Assembly (NCBI RefSeq): GCF_963921235.1
Contig: NC_086106.1
Coordinates: 24,118,001 to 24,182,000, forward strand
Direction: 5' to 3'
Origin: Mobula hypostoma
Lineage: Eukaryota
DNA length: 64,000 nt
Below the pieces are notes generated by a model. The model had not been told where the DNA came from, ran no database searches, and saw nothing but the letters and a program-made list of their open reading frames with translations. This document shows, piece after piece, positions 36,864 to 51,607 of the stretch. A program made the translations under genes and the position numbers. Every line of letters starts with the position of its first letter. Position 1 is the stretch's first letter.

Positions 36864-39800
36864 ATTTATTGATCCATCTATCTATCTATCCATCTATCTT
36901 TATATATATATGCTTATTTACGTTTTTTTTTGCCATCGCCATGGCGTATGGCCTTCCAACCATTCAGACCACAACACCTGTAAATTCACCGATCTAACAC
37001 TAGTCTAATCACGGTACAATTTACGATGACCATTTGCCCGAATAGTTTGCAATTATTTTGCAATATGGGGAGAAATCAGTTCACCCGGAGGGAACTCACG
37101 CAGTGACAGGGAGAACGTAAAAGTCGTTCGAGTCAGCAGAAGGAATTGAACCCATCGCTATAAATTATAAGTTGCGGTAACCACTATGCTACGTGCCCCG
37201 ATGTTGTGTGGATACAACGATGAACTGAGCACAGTTCGGACCAGGAATAGGCCCTTTTGCCACAATTTTGTGTGAAACAGCTGGAATGGTAAATCAGGAC
37301 TAATCTTTCGTTTTTAAATAATGTGCAGGTCCCTGCATATTATGTACATTTGTGTACAGATCTAAATGAGTCTTGAAAACCTCTAATGCATTTGTCTCTT
37401 CTCGCATGCCGAGTACAGCGTATCAGACATTGGTCATTTTCCAAGTAACAAAAACGAACAACTTCTATCCCGTATGCACATAACCTCTCTCATTATCAAT
37501 GTGTTGCCAGTGGTATTAGAATTTCCTCCCTAACAAAGGTATCCCGTGTCTACTCTATCTATGCCTTTCATTATCCAGTCGCTTGTGCTAGCACTTGTCA
37601 TCTAAAACTGGTAGCAACCTCCTGTTCTGTAGTGCAGTTTCTTCACCATATTACATCATGTACCGCGGCTACTGGTGGACTTTAAATCGAAGCATCTGTG
37701 GAGTTGAAAGAATTTTCAATATTTGGGATAAAGTACCCGGATCAAGTCTTTAGCTGGAAGACAGGCAAACTGAGAAAGAGTAAGTGGGACACGAGGCAGA
37801 TAGCAGACGACGGGATAATGGCTAGATCAAGGATAGTACATGAGGGAAATTATCTGATTTGGGAGACTATGTGAGGAGGATTATATTTCAGGAAAGATAA
37901 AGAGATATTTAAAATGCCACATGTGGTGAGATGGAGAGGAGAATGCCAGTGTAGCGACAGAAAAAGATTGTGACAGGGAGAGAAGAATGAGGTTCAAGAT
38001 GCTGGAAATTAATATGTGAAAAGAATGATCTGGAGCCAAATAAGATAAGGGTAGAGGTTAGTTGCCAACAGGTTTGAGAAAACAATAAAACTGATTTAAG
38101 AGGATATGACGAGCAAGAAGATTCTATTTGCACCGTAAGGAACAAAGGGAGTACAGGCTTCCTGAAAGTGTAGATTTTTTTTTTGTTGTTTATTGAGAAG
38201 AATGGCTTTTCCCGAAAAAAACAACCAAAACTTCTGTTTCTCTGAATAAATTCGACTTGCATTCTGTGGAGTATCGCACATGTTGGCAATGCTTTCCTGT
38301 TTTCATGGAATATTTGTTTCTCTACAGATATTAAATCAATTTGTTGACCTCCGCAGCGTCTCGATAATATATACTCTATGTTTTTTCATTGTTTAAGATA
38401 TGGGAACAATTTCTGCAGAACATTGAATGCAAAAGTCGCACACAAAGCTTCCAGCAGAGGGCAGCATACGATTAGCAGCTGGTCGAACTCTAAGGTAATA
38501 ATTCGCCTGCTCATTCAGAGCTTACGATCAGGAATTTCCACTTTCACCGCTGTGCTACAGATTAGATTCTAGGCCAGAGATATATCCCGGTGAATATTTG
38601 ATTTCATGTCTTTTGTGGAAATAAAATATACTTGAAGACAACGTGCATTTTCAGACAACCGCTTCAAAGTGAAATGTCATCAGCATAATCACTCCCAACC
38701 TGACATCTACGTCCAAACGCGTATTAAAGAAAAGCATGCATATCGTTTATGCTTAATAATATTTATGACTAATTTTAAGTCCTTCCTCGGATACTACTGC
38801 CATGTTAGAATCTCCAGAATTACTAGCTTGGTATATAGGTTTTCAACATTCGCTATTCTGTTTCGAATGTCAGCTTTTTTGTGTTAGCTAATTATCTATA
38901 GATTTGCCATAAGACAACATTCTGCGCACGAACGCGGTGCCTTAGAAAATATTACAACCATGTACTCAAAGAAGAATGAAACTAAAAAAAAACAAACACA
39001 ATTGATGAAAATGAAGCAAGCTATCAAATTTCGAGAATCAGGCCATCCTGAAATCCTAAACAGAAATTTTCATCATTGTTTGACATATAAACTTTGAGAT
39101 TTGTATCCCCAGTGCCCAGTTTGTTAGATAACTACTCTCAGAAGCCTGTGTTGAGAGAACGATATTCAGTGTAATCTATGCTCCATATAATCAGCCGATA
39201 GCCTCATTTTCTTTATTTTCTCTTTCCCGGTGTTATGATTCAATCTCTGTTCAATTCCCTTCCTAACTTACCCTCTGATTTCTCCTCCGTGTCCATTATA
39301 ATAACAATCAACTCATGCATAGGGATATAAAACATTTTAGAAACATGATAATATATGGGAATTAAAATTGTCCAGAGGAAATGTGGAATCAACTGTCCTG
39401 GCCGGGGAAACGTAAAGGCCCAAATGGCTACAATACCAATAATCAATGTCAATTTTTTTTTTAATCCGCAGAACGCAGGAGAATGAGCGAACGAAGTTAA
39501 AAAAAAAAAGTTAAATGTTTTGAGAGGGATACAGAATTTCTGAGATGCATCCTTTTTTTTTCCTTGAGTAAATGTGAATCCAAAGCAAGTGGACGTGGTC
39601 TGCCTCTAAGAGAGGAAAATATATATCGACCTGATTGGCCACTTATTCACTTTCAGGCTCCTAAATATATCGATTATGCCAACGGAGGTGATTGGTTAAT
39701 TTCTGTTGTTTTTATTAATCAAATTGCAGTTGCTTAGATTAACGAAAGGCGGCTATCGGAGAGATTTGGGCTGAAAGCAAAAAAATCGGATTAATTGTTG

Positions 39801-41179
39801 GGCAGGCTTTCAACATCAATGAAAGGAACAAAAACTCACTGAACTTGTGTGGTAACACTCTAAGACTGTGCGACTCTATAAATAATTGAGACAGAGAAAT
39901 CTTGCAAAAAATTAAAAAAAAACAAGTTTTCTTCAAGAAAGGAAGTTTTGAGAAAAGCCTGCGGAATTATATAATTTCTTTCTGTGGATATGGAACACTT
40001 TTGTCTTGATGCTACTGTTCAGTTATTCCGGGCTCTCAAAAATCATTTTCTTTCTGTAGTTCTCTGTAACAATGGTCCTGCTACTTATGAAAGCGTATTG
40101 AGTAGTTGGCACTACATTAGAGGAGCGTAAAAGAACCATTATTTGCAATATAGTGTCTAGTAATAAAGTAATAATCTGGCAAGCAACGGCCTAGGTTAAA
40201 TACGCTGTCGTTCGGAATGAAGTGCCAGAAACTTACTTGAACGCACATCATCCGCATGCAATTTCCAGAATAGTTTTCGAGAAAATACCTCGACTTATTC
40301 CTTGTCTCTTTTCAGCATTTTTACGAATACGGAACGTGGAACGGGATGCCAGATATGATGCAGGAGCTGCTGTCTTATACACAGCTTCCTGGAAAAGCTG
40401 GATTCGAAGGCAGTGCACAGCAGCATCTCAATCCCTGTTATCAGTTCAGCTGGAATGCTATTCTCTAAATCTCCATATCACTCGATTCCCTTGTGAATTG
40501 CCTGCATGCATTGAATGCACGTAATAACAGCAAATACAATTACAAGAATCGAAAAGCGTTAAATTCATTGCCCCTTTGATCCCCTGTAGGAAGACAACGG
40601 CATATCTCGACCCCCATTGACAGCTTCTCTAGTCATTGATTAATTATGTACCCGCCTGCTGTAAATTGAATACCATAGACACATAAGAATCGTAAGTGCT
40701 CTTCGATGGCATACTGACGGATGACTGATGCATTACCATAGATTAGCGTCTGTGTTTTGCTGGTCTCAATTCAATATACATTAGTAATTGCAAATTGCAC
40801 AATTAGCCGTAGACGTAACGTAATAATTTTTGCTTCTCATGTATATGAACAACGTAAGCAGTAATGTCAATTCTATTCAATTCTTTAGGTGCGTTTCTGG
40901 AGTCTTGCCACATATAAAGAGAACCAAATTTTGACAGTAGTTCGTCCGTTCGTTATATATATGTTTTTATGCATTCCTTAACATGCTTGTTCATTTGATC
41001 ACGCCCACGCAGGGGTAATGCGATCTCCATGTCATCGACCAATATTGAACATTTACAGCCAATCCCTGAGCAGTAATCAATTCTTCTAGTGAGCTGTCAC
41101 TCGTTCAAAAGCTGACATGATTACCTGAATAAGTTTACTGTGAGGCTGCCGATTACTACAGAAGCCGGTAATTACCAAA

Positions 41180-41611
41180 ATGTTCAGCTCGGAGAGGTTG
41201 AAACTATTTCATCTCTGCCTAGCGCTAATAATCGGTAAGTGCAAAGAATGTTGTACAATCAAGCGCGTCGCTTCATCTACGTTTATACCAGTAAAAACTG
41301 TTGTTTTTTATTCGTTGACAGGCCGATGTCTCTCGGAACTTGTGCTACAGTCTCCGTCTGTCATAACCGCACTAAAGGGCGATTCCGTGCAGATAAACTG
41401 CACCTATGGCACATCCAGCATTTATTCCATGATGTGGTACCGCCAGAAATCCGATCAGATGCTAGAGTATATAATAATGCGTAGAATATCTGGGAGAGAA
41501 AACAAAGGTCGCTTTAAATTGGATCTCTCTACCGCGGACAGACGCGGCCAGTTTACTATCGAAGGAATCGAAGCCACGGACAGAGCAGTGTATTATTGTG
41601 CAATAGAGTCG
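41180..41611 (+). CDS. TCR alpha/delta-type V segment V3 (leader exon 41180-41234, intron 41235-41321, V exon 41322-41611)
   Basis: MFSSERLKLFHLCLALII-G-RCLSELVLQSPSVITALKGDSVQINCTYGTSSIYSMMWYRQ...DRAVYYCAIES. Splice sites are intact; about 85% nt identity to V2 by manual count. Confidence 0.95.
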
Positions 41612-41650
41612 CACAGTCCTACAAAACGCATCGTTGCCCGCACAAAAATC
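41612..41650 (+). promoter_or_regulatory. 23-RSS of V3
   Basis: CACAGTC, 23-bp spacer, ACAAAAATC. Confidence 0.9.
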
Positions 41651-43120
41651 TTTCTACTCTTCACAGCTGCATCCGGTTCCAACGCGGCAGAGTGGTACTT
41701 GTAAGCGTTCAGCGGCACTTACTGTGCCTGTTGAATTGAAGACGGAATAATTCAGGGTCGAGTCTGGCAGCTGCGTTTCAGAAACAGCCAATAGAACCGT
41801 TTGGATCTGCTCACTGAGGATAATTGGGCCGTTTTATCGAGCAACAACTGAAAGCTGCACTCTTCCTTTCTTCTCAGCGAAGCTGTTTTCCTGGTGCAGG
41901 ATTTCTAGCGTCCGGCTAGAATATTGACCGCAGCAGTATGGATACATATTAGAGGCAGGAGATTCTGCATAATTACATTGCAACAGGAAGTCCCACACTT
42001 CGTTTTGGATATGTATGCAAGAAAAACAGAATCTCCTTGCATAGTTGCTGCAAGAATAACGTGGAGAGAGAATATGTTAAATATATATATATAACGTATT
42101 ATATCTTTCAAACAAAATTTGCCGCTCGGTGATCGTACTCGTTAATAAATACGTAAAGCCAATTCTCCCTTCGGCTTCGCAAGTATAAGTTTTAATATAG
42201 TTCGGAAACTGGTGATCGCAGAGGTTAAGAGAGCTGCAGTCGCCGTCCGGGTTAATTCCATACTGGAAATTCCAGTTTTGAACACTCTCTCGTTTCTGAA
42301 ACTTCTCTGAACACATTTAATAAACTCTCACATGTGATTGAATTTGTAGAAGTACCATTTGAAAAATAAACGCAGAACAGCATATGATGTTTATTTGACA
42401 TGTTAGGCATTTGTCTGGCCTTCCCTGGGATGGATCGTCTGCTTCTCAAAGGAGAGTAAAATAAGATGATGAACATTACCATTGAGGAAGATAATAGAAG
42501 TGTTTGTTGGGAATGAAACATGACTGCTGACAGTGGTCTGTGTAGGGTAACGCTGCATCTAGTGATAGGAATGTCATTAGCTTCAACACAATTATGGAAA
42601 ATTATAGATCATGTCACTGTGGTATGCTTTCAACTAGAGAAATTCCACTTCTGATGGTATGATAGATGATGTTGCCAGTGTTAACTGAGACAGGCTATTT
42701 TCTAGCAAAGGAAAATTTAGTAAGTGGGAGACAACTAAATGTAAAATATTTAAAGTACAAAGTTTCTATATGACTGTCGGAATAAATAATAATGATTACA
42801 TCATCAGGGGCACACGGTTCTCAGGGATATTGAGATCCTCGTTCAAAAAATGGAGCTGCATAGGAAGAAATGAGTTACTTTTGGAGAACAGAAAATGCAA
42901 AATGATATTTATAGAGGAAATCAGTGTCGGACGTTAAAAAAAAAGGTGGTTTTAGCGAAGAAGGGAAAGCAGAATCCTCAGGCCGTCTTCACAGAAACTC
43001 AGATCTAAAGCGTTGAAGAGATAAAGTTGCCCTTCTGAAAGAACGGGTTGATCATCTATCCAGGGAGGCAAAAGCGATAGGGGGAATTTTAAGTTGATGT
43101 ATTTTATATTATTTTGTATC

Positions 43121-44195
43121 TGTCATACGGAAGTGACTGGGAACGTACCCAAGCGCAAGACACAGACACTGTAGTACTAGGGACAGGAGTACGATACAGG
43201 GTGAGAGCAAGGACATGGACACGATAACCGGGAACCCGCAACAGGACAAGAGAGCTGGGAGCCCGGGCTTCGACTCCGAGCCAGAGACTGGACAAGGACC
43301 AGTCTCTGGCTCCGGCTCGGACCTCAGATGTAAACACCCACGAGGCTTGGCGGGCAGTCAGGATGACGCTGGAGTCTTCAGGCTTGAGGCTACAGGCGAG
43401 ACTTGGCATGAGGCAGGAGGCTGGAGTCTTCAGACTTGACGCTAGAGGTGAGGTTTGGCAGGAGGCAGGAGGCTGTAGTCTTCAGGCTTGAGGCTAAAGG
43501 CTAGAGGCCAGAGACTTGAGGCAAGGCTTGGCAGGAGGCAGGAGACTGGGGTCATCAGGCTTGAGGCTAGACAGGAAGCTGGAGTTTTCAGGCTTGAGGC
43601 TCGGCGGGCTCCACCTGGGCAAGGCGCGATTCACCTGGGCAAAGCGCGGTAGTCCTGGGCAGGACGCGGTACTCCTGGGCAGGTCGCGGTACTCCTAGGC
43701 AGGGTGCAATACTCCGGGCAGGGCGCGGGTCACCACCCGACGGAGGTATAGGACAGGAAGGGACGGAACCAACCGCAGGTAACGGCAAGACGGCCTGGCT
43801 TACCTGGGCGGAGGCAAGGGACAGGAAGGGAGCTACGTACAGACTAGCTCCAGGGCAAGACTGCAGGCGAGACAAGGCGAGAGTTACCAGCCAGACAAGG
43901 CAAGTCTTCAGGCAAAGCAAGGCGAGACGAGAACTTCAGGCGAGGCGGGATTTACCGGCAAGACAAGGCAAGGAAACAGAAGGCAAAGGAAGGGATACAA
44001 AGAGTAAGGACAAGAACAATCCAGCAGCCACGCCCTGCCCTCTGAAAGTATTTATGCAGCCAGTCCCGACGAGCATCAGCTGACACAATTAGAGCTCAAC
44101 AAGAATAGAAACAGTGTAAACAGGAAAACCTGGAGCAAGGGTCGATGGACCGGACCGTGAACCAGAATACGGACTTCACGGACCGGACCATGACA
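43121..44195. mobile_element. Solo-LTR-like insertion (1075 bp) with 5-bp TSD
   Basis: TGTCAT...ATGACA termini with GTATC on both sides (43116-20 and 44196-200). Empty site in cassette C at ~53970. Contains ~52-bp and ~20-bp tandem arrays. Confidence 0.9.
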
Positions 44196-47100
44196 GTATC
44201 TCTATTTACTCTGGATAAGGACAGTGAGGTAAGCCAGTAGCGAGGTGGGCACCGTACAAAGTTTACAGAGGAAGAAATGTTGGCTGCCTTGAGAAAATTT
44301 AGCGTGGATTAATCTCCACTGCCCGACGTGCTGTTCCTGAAGTTACTGCAGGAGGCAAGTGCTGTAACTTCAGGGACATTAGCAAAGACAGTTAAGTCAC
44401 GTATAAAGAAAAAAAAAAAGAACTGGTGAGTTCCTAGCTTAACTGACGTGTAAGCTCTGCACAGGCATCCAGCCGGGTAAAGGTATTTATTTTTAAGGGC
44501 GTTTCGATTACGGCCCCCAGTAACTTCATCATTTATAATACCGACGTAAGTCTGGTCTAGTAGTATATATATTCCGGTCGTCCATCCGTCCTGTCTTTTT
44601 TTTTTGTCTTAAACCGATCAGGTTTCGATGCCCTGCGTCGTTTATAAGCGAGCTCCACTTCTAAATTAGCGGGAACTCTTCGTCTTCGTTAAAATTATGC
44701 TTTAGTTTAATATCCGTTCAACGACATCAGTGACCAGGCGGTCGCAAAAATATTGGCATGACACAGAAATTTTATACCGTGGAAATGCATCTTATGGCAA
44801 TTAGGTAAGGAATGTTCTGCTACCGCTTTCTTCTCCGGGTAGCCCAAAGTGAGGCATCTACTAACCTCCGTGATGGCCGTTCGCATCGGAAGTACCGTCT
44901 GGCCAAAATAACGAGGAAAAACCAGTGAAACTGCCTGTCTTCCCCATGTTTCTTCTATTACTTGGTACCGCCAAATCCGAAAGAAATACTGGATTAATGT
45001 CATCAGCAAACTCGCAAGGAAGTCCGAATCACAGCATATGCGGAACAAAGACGGTTTACTTGGCTGCGAATGTCGAGGGAAAACATTCCCCAATACAGAG
45101 AAACACATGAGATTGAGCCGGCTCTTCTGTTCCGAGCCCCGGTTTATGGATGCTGTGTAATTTGCTACTGTGTTACAATTCAGAGACAAGAAACAACAGA
45201 GAGAACATTGCATAAGATTAATGGAATTGTATTTATAAATCTTAACGAAAGGGTAAGCCAAAAAAAGAAAGCGAAAATGAAAAATTAAAAAAAACACAAA
45301 TAGCCCGATATAATTATACAGTGAAATGTGCACTACATGGAGCTCAATTAAGTGATCCTTAGTCGATCTGGCGATTGGCTCCACCGAATCACTGTTTTCC
45401 CACCAGACTATATCTAACGACCGGTTCTTTCCTGCGTCTTCTCATTCTTCTCCAGCCGAACAAATGAAGCACATCACATTCGAAGGCATCCATTATCTCT
45501 GGCCAATACTCAAAAACTTCTTCTAAAAAATTAAGACCATTCCGTTAGCAGTAAAAGCTTTCCCAGGGTATTACACATATACCCACCGGACTAGACATGA
45601 TTCGGGATCATTCCTGATGAAGATGCCGGAGTCTGTATTCGACACGTCAGTGAAAATTGATGCCCTTACCTGGTTTGAAGCCGAGAAGAGTTTAGGCATA
45701 TTTAGGACATGATGAGCGATAAGTGAGTTCCTGGATGGGTGTTAGAGGAGAGTCACTATTGCTCCCCTCTTTATGCAATGGTCTGAGAAAAAGCCAGGAA
45801 TTTATACAACCGTGAATACGCCACTAGTCTAGTCTAAATCCCATGGAAGTTATCCTGAGTCACTGGATATATGAGTATTCATTGTTAGACGGGGACTGTT
45901 TAAGAAGAGTCGGCATGGGTTTGTAGATGGTACGCCGTGTCTAGCCCATTTCATATAGTTCGGCGACGAAGTTACCATGAATGTTGGTGAATAGAAGGCA
46001 GTGGGTCGTATCTATATGACCATTAGCTAGTCATTCTACCAACACTTCTATGGAGGTTTACCGCGACGTTTAAATTGCTTGTGCTCAAGATGAAGTTGTA
46101 AATTGGATTATACATTGACTTAACAGGAGCAGGCAGAGGGTGACAGTAGATGTTTGAGTCTCTGACTAAAGGAGTGCAGCAGCGATCATTCCCATATCCG
46201 TTGCTGTTTATCATCTACACCGACTATCACATGATCATGTGGTTACTGGCTGAGCAACCTTGCGGACGACACCAAAATTAGGAAAGCAGCAGACGGCCAG
46301 GAACACTACCAAGTTATCTAGCGTGAACTCGACCATCTGCAAAAATGGGCAAAGATGGCACGTTAAACATTATGCAGACGCGTGTGTTTTGCTGCACAGT
46401 GGATGGGACAGCCACCTTGCACATAGAACACGGGGAAGAACGATTTCGATAAAACAAAATGATCTGAGAATGCAGGTCAATAAACAATTTATGAGGCACA
46501 TTGCATCATAAATCAATGTGTCAAGTAGAGCTCATGGGGTGTTATGTTGAAGTTATCTCAGGCATTGATAAAGCCTAATTTTATAGAGTGCGCAGCACAC
46601 AACGCCGAAATAGAGGAAGCACTTTACATTTGCCTGAAGCAGTACAGGGACAATTTGTTGGCTTATGGGGATTGATTAAATACGTTAAATATTCATTCCC
46701 TATGTTGCAGATGATTAAAGAGAGATTTTATCAACTTATGCACAATTGCCAGGTGTATAGATAGGAAAATGCAGACAGGCGCTTTAACTAAGGTTGCGTG
46801 AGACAGCAATGAGAGCTCATGGGTGAAGGATAAATAGCAAAATGCTTAAAGGATCATGAGTGTAGAATTAATCACTCGTATGGTGGTAATAACGTGGAAC
46901 CATATTTCAGTATAAGTGATTGCTTCGATATGCATTGAACCTTGCAAACATTTTCTGTATAATTACTTGCATTTTAGGGGTATATGAAAACAAAATTCAG
47001 GAAACAGTCTTCAGATCAGACGCCATCCTTGAAAAGAGGAACCTTACTGATTTTTTTTTCAAGTGGGAGATACTTCGTTGGAATTTATAACGTTGGCACC

Positions 47101-50040
47101 CTATTAACTACTCCTGCGTAATGGACGTCTGCAATAATGTGTTGTCAGTCGCAGCATATTGCGCCTTCTTGTGTCTTATCTGGCTGGGAGCAGATGCTCA
47201 TCGCACCTCAAAGGCGACGAGAATCACCGACACAAGTACCCAATCCTCATATAAACACACTGAGTCAAAGCTAGTTAGAGTTAAATACTCAATCATATAC
47301 ATATAAGCTCTGCACAACAAAACAGCGAAGACAACGACACAAATTCAGAGAATGAGGAACATACACTAAACAGGTGAGATCAGAGGAAAATTGAATATAG
47401 AGCATTGGAAGGTAACTGAGCCAAAGAAGGTGCGAATAACTAATAAATCTGGTAAGCCAAAGTAATTATTATTATTTTTTTCGAGCATTGAAATCAGAAA
47501 CCGACTACGAATTTCCATTATCAAGTACTTTTTTTGTTTTTCCTTCTTGCATCTACAATGCATCTTTTATTATCTCCCATCTCTTCTGGACAAATCCGCT
47601 TACTGACAATACTTGTGTATTATTGTACACTCCCCTTTGTTATTAAATGTTATTGGAATATCTTTCCAGTCTCTGCAATTCTCCAATTTATGCTGAGCAT
47701 TTTCCCTCTTAAACAGATTTTTTTTTCACAATGCAGCGCCGCAAATAGAAACGGCGACATTTCGATCCCTGAGCAATGCTGTTTGATATACTGCTTGCCT
47801 TTTTTTTTTCCCAGCAGTTTGCCTCTGCAGATTTCAGTTTCTGCAGTGCCTTTTCTCACCAATAAATTCGCCTCCTGCCTTTATTTGAATTCATGCATTT
47901 GGAACGGAAAGATTTTCGAATGTTGGCACCTGATTGGAATTACACATTTTTTTTTTATTTGCATCATCATGGAGTATGACTTTCCTACCCTTCGACCCAC
48001 AACACCTGCCAATTCCCCGATCTAATACTAGTCTGCTCACGGGACAATTTACAATGACCATTTAACCTAACAGTCTGTAAGCCTTTTGAAGTATGGGGAG
48101 AAATCAGATTACCCAGAGGAACCTCACGCAGTGACGGGGATAACGTAAAACATCCTGTGAGGCAGCGGGAGGAACTTAACCTGGTCGCTTGTAAATTATA
48201 GGCTGTGCTAACCATTAATCTCCGTTGCCGATATTGTGTGGACACAACGATGAAATGAAAGCGCTTCGGAACAAGAATAGGCCCTGTATCCACAATTTTG
48301 TGCTGAAACAGCTAAAATGTTAAATCAAGACTATTATGTCCTTCCTACATAACGTGCATATCACTCCATATTCAGTATATTTATGTGTCTATCTAAATAT
48401 CTTTTGAAAGCCGCTGATGTATTTGTCTCTTACACCATGCGGGCAGCGTATACTAGGCATTGTTCATTCTCCAAGAAAACATAAACGAACAGTTTCTATC
48501 CCCTTTGTACGTAACTACTCTCAGTTTCAATGCGTGGCAACTGGTATTGGAATTTTCGCCCGAACAGTTGTATCCCATATCTACTATATCTTTCCTCTCA
48601 TAATCCAGTCGCTTTTGCTGGCACTTGTCATCTAAACCTAGTAGCAACATCCTGTTCTGCAGCGCAGTTTCTTCACCATATTACACGATGTCCGCAGCTG
48701 GCGCACACGACATTAACAAAAAATATGTCGAAATAACATGGGTTTTGTCCCTGAAGATGAGAAGGAGTACATCCATCCTGATAAGTTACAGCAAAAGAAC
48801 CATAGTCGTTGAGTCACTGGTAGGGGTCAAATTCGTTGAGCCCTGAGGTTAAAAAATGTATTGTTGTTTCACGCGATTTTGGGGCCGATTAGAGAGCAAA
48901 TAATACACCTACTGGTGGACGTCAAAGGGAAACATCTGTGGAAGTGAAAGAATATTCAATAACTTGGATCAAGAATCCCGGATCATGACTGTAGCTGGAA
49001 GATAGACGTTCTGAAAAAGTGAAAGGGCAATACGTGAGAGAAAGCAGACGAGGAAAATTATTCGAGTTTGGAGACAATGTCTAGTGGATTATATTTCGAG
49101 AAAGATAATGAGCTATTTATATTCCACACTTGGTAAGATGGGAAGTATAGAGACAGCAAATAGATTGTGAGAGGCAGAGACGAATGAGGTTCAAGATGCT
49201 GGAAATTAATATGTGAAAAGAATGATCTGGAGCCAAATAAGGTGAGGGTAGAGGTCAGATACTAACAGATTTGAGAAAGGAATAAAAGTTGTTTAAGAGG
49301 AAATGAGAAGCAGGAAGATTTTATATGTACCTTCAGGAACAAACGGAGCATAGGCTTTCTGTAACTATAGATTTTTTGTGCAATTAGAAGAATGGCTTTT
49401 CCCGGAAAAAAACAAACAAACAAAAAAAAAACAATCAAAACAACTTCTTCACTGAATAAGTTCAGACTTATATTTTATGGAATATCTTACACGCTCGTAA
49501 TTCTTTTTTTTTCTTTTTTCAGAGATTTTTTTCCCCCACCGATAGCAAAACAATTCGTGGACTTCTCAGTGTCTCAATAATATCTCTTCTACTGGTTTCA
49601 CTGCTTAAACTATGGAAGAAATTCCTGCAGCAGTTTGAATGCAAATGTCCCAATCTAAGATATCAGCAGAGGGCATCAAGTCATTAGCAGCTGGTCCAAC
49701 TCGAAGGTACTAATTCGGCGGCTCATTTGGAGCTATCGTCGTGACATTCCAGGCCAGAGACATATCCCAGTGAATATTTGATTTCATGTCTTTTCCGGAA
49801 CCAGAATACACTTGAAGGCACTGAGCAGTTTCATATTACCATTGCCAAGTGAAATGCTATCAGCGCAATGACTCCCAACCGGACATCTAAGTCTAAACGT
49901 ATATTAAAGAAAACATACATATCGTTTATGGGTAATAATAATTACGTTTTTTTTTTTGTCGTTGCTCTCATGCTTCTGCCACGTTACAGTCCCCAGAATG
50001 GTAAGCTTAGTGATTGGATTTATAACATTCGCTATTCTGT

Positions 50041-50319
50041 TCCATCCCATGATCATCTCATATCCCTTTTGCCAATCAACTTTCCAGCTCGAAGCTCCAT
50101 TCCTCCCCCTTCTGTCTTCTCCTATCATTTCGGATCTCCCCACACCCTTTCACTTTCAAATATCTTACTATCTCTTCTTTCAGTTAGTCCTGACGAAGAG
50201 TCTGGGCCCGAAACTTCGACTGTACCTCTTCCTATAGATGCTGCCTGGCCTGCTGCTTTCACCGGCAACTTTTATGTGTTTTGCTTGAAATTAGAGCATC
50301 TGCAGATTTTCTCGTGTTT
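50041..50319 (+). mobile_element. Penelope-like 3'/pLTR fragment with hammerhead-like core
   Basis: Homologous to 2160-2405. Contains agtc-CTGACGA-agagtctgggccc-GAAA-cttc-gact at 50186-50221. Confidence 0.85.
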
Positions 50320-51607
50320 ATAAATCATATAAACATTTTGAGAGGGATAGAGAATTTCGGAGATGCAGTCTTTTTTTCCCAGAAAATATCAATCCAAAGC
50401 AAGTGGACGTAGTCTGCCTCTAAGAGAGGAAGATATTAATCGACCTGATGGGCCACTTATTCACTTACAGGCTGTGAAATATGTGGATTATGCCAACGGA
50501 GAGGCTTTTTTTTAATGTTTTCATTAATTAAATTGCAGTTGCTTAGATTAACGGAAGGTTACGATCGGAGAGATTTGGGCTGAACGCAAATGATTCGGAT
50601 TAATTGTTGGGCAGGCTTTCAACATGGATGACAGGGACAAAAACTCACTGAACTTCTGTGATAACACCCTATCATCGTACAACTCTGAAAATCATTGAGG
50701 CAGATAAATCGGAACACTCCTGTGTACGGCTTGCAAATAAATCAACAAACAAACAAACAAGTAAAAACGTTTCTTCACGAAAGAAAATATTGATAAAAGC
50801 TAACGGAGTGTTTTCATTTATTTCTGTGGATTTAGAATAAATTTGTCTTGATGTTCCGATTCAGTTATTTAGGGCTCCCCAGAATCATTTTCTTTCTGTA
50901 GTTCTCAGTAACAATGGCCCTGCTACTTACGGAAGCGTATTGATTAGTTGGTTCTATATCATAGAAGTGTAGCAGAGCCATTATATGTTATAAGGTGTCT
51001 ACCTAATCTGGCAAGCAACGAGTTAGAATAAATGCTCTGTAGTTCGGAATGCAGTGCCATAAACTTACTTGAACGCACATCATTCTTATGCAATTTCCAG
51101 AATAGATTTGGAGAGGAGACCTCGTCTTACTCCTTACCTCATTTCAGCATAATTTCAAATACGGAACATGGAACTGGATATTGGATATGATGCAAGAGCT
51201 GCTGTCTTATACACAGGTTCCTGGAAAAGCTGGCCTCAAAGGTATTCCACAATATCATCTGAAATGCTGCAGTCGGTTCACCTGGAATGCTAATTTCCAT
51301 GTCTCCATACAACTCGATTCCCTTGTGACCAGCTGTATGTTTGAAATGCACGTAATGACCCCCTATTCGATTTGCAGAAACAAAAGTGCATTGAATTAAT
51401 TTCCCCCTTGATCTCCGGGAGGAAGAAAACGCCATATCTTTGACCCCTATTGACAGTTCCTCCATTCATTGATTAACAATCGACCGGCCTGCTGTAAATC
51501 GAATATCACTGACACATGGGAATGGTAACTGCTCTTCGATAACAGACTGACGGATGTCTGATGCACTACCATAGATTGGCGATTGTGTTTTCATGGTCTC
51601 AATTCAT

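Larger units (their letters stand above)
29755..40775 (+). repeat. Tandem V cassette copy A (~11 kb)
   Basis: Collinear homology with 40776-51607 and 51608-57875 throughout. V ATGs at 30163, 41180 and 52016. Confidence 0.9.
40776..51607 (+). repeat. Tandem V cassette copy B (~10.8 kb)
   Basis: Collinear with A (e.g. 39580 with 50397, 36300 with 47520). Carries private LTR and PLE insertions. Confidence 0.9.

Noticed and set aside
40370-40630. YTQLPGKA and EDNGI, V-like motifs also present at ~51200-51430
   Set aside because: Spacing is too long for a V domain and the ORF frames are not conserved between copies
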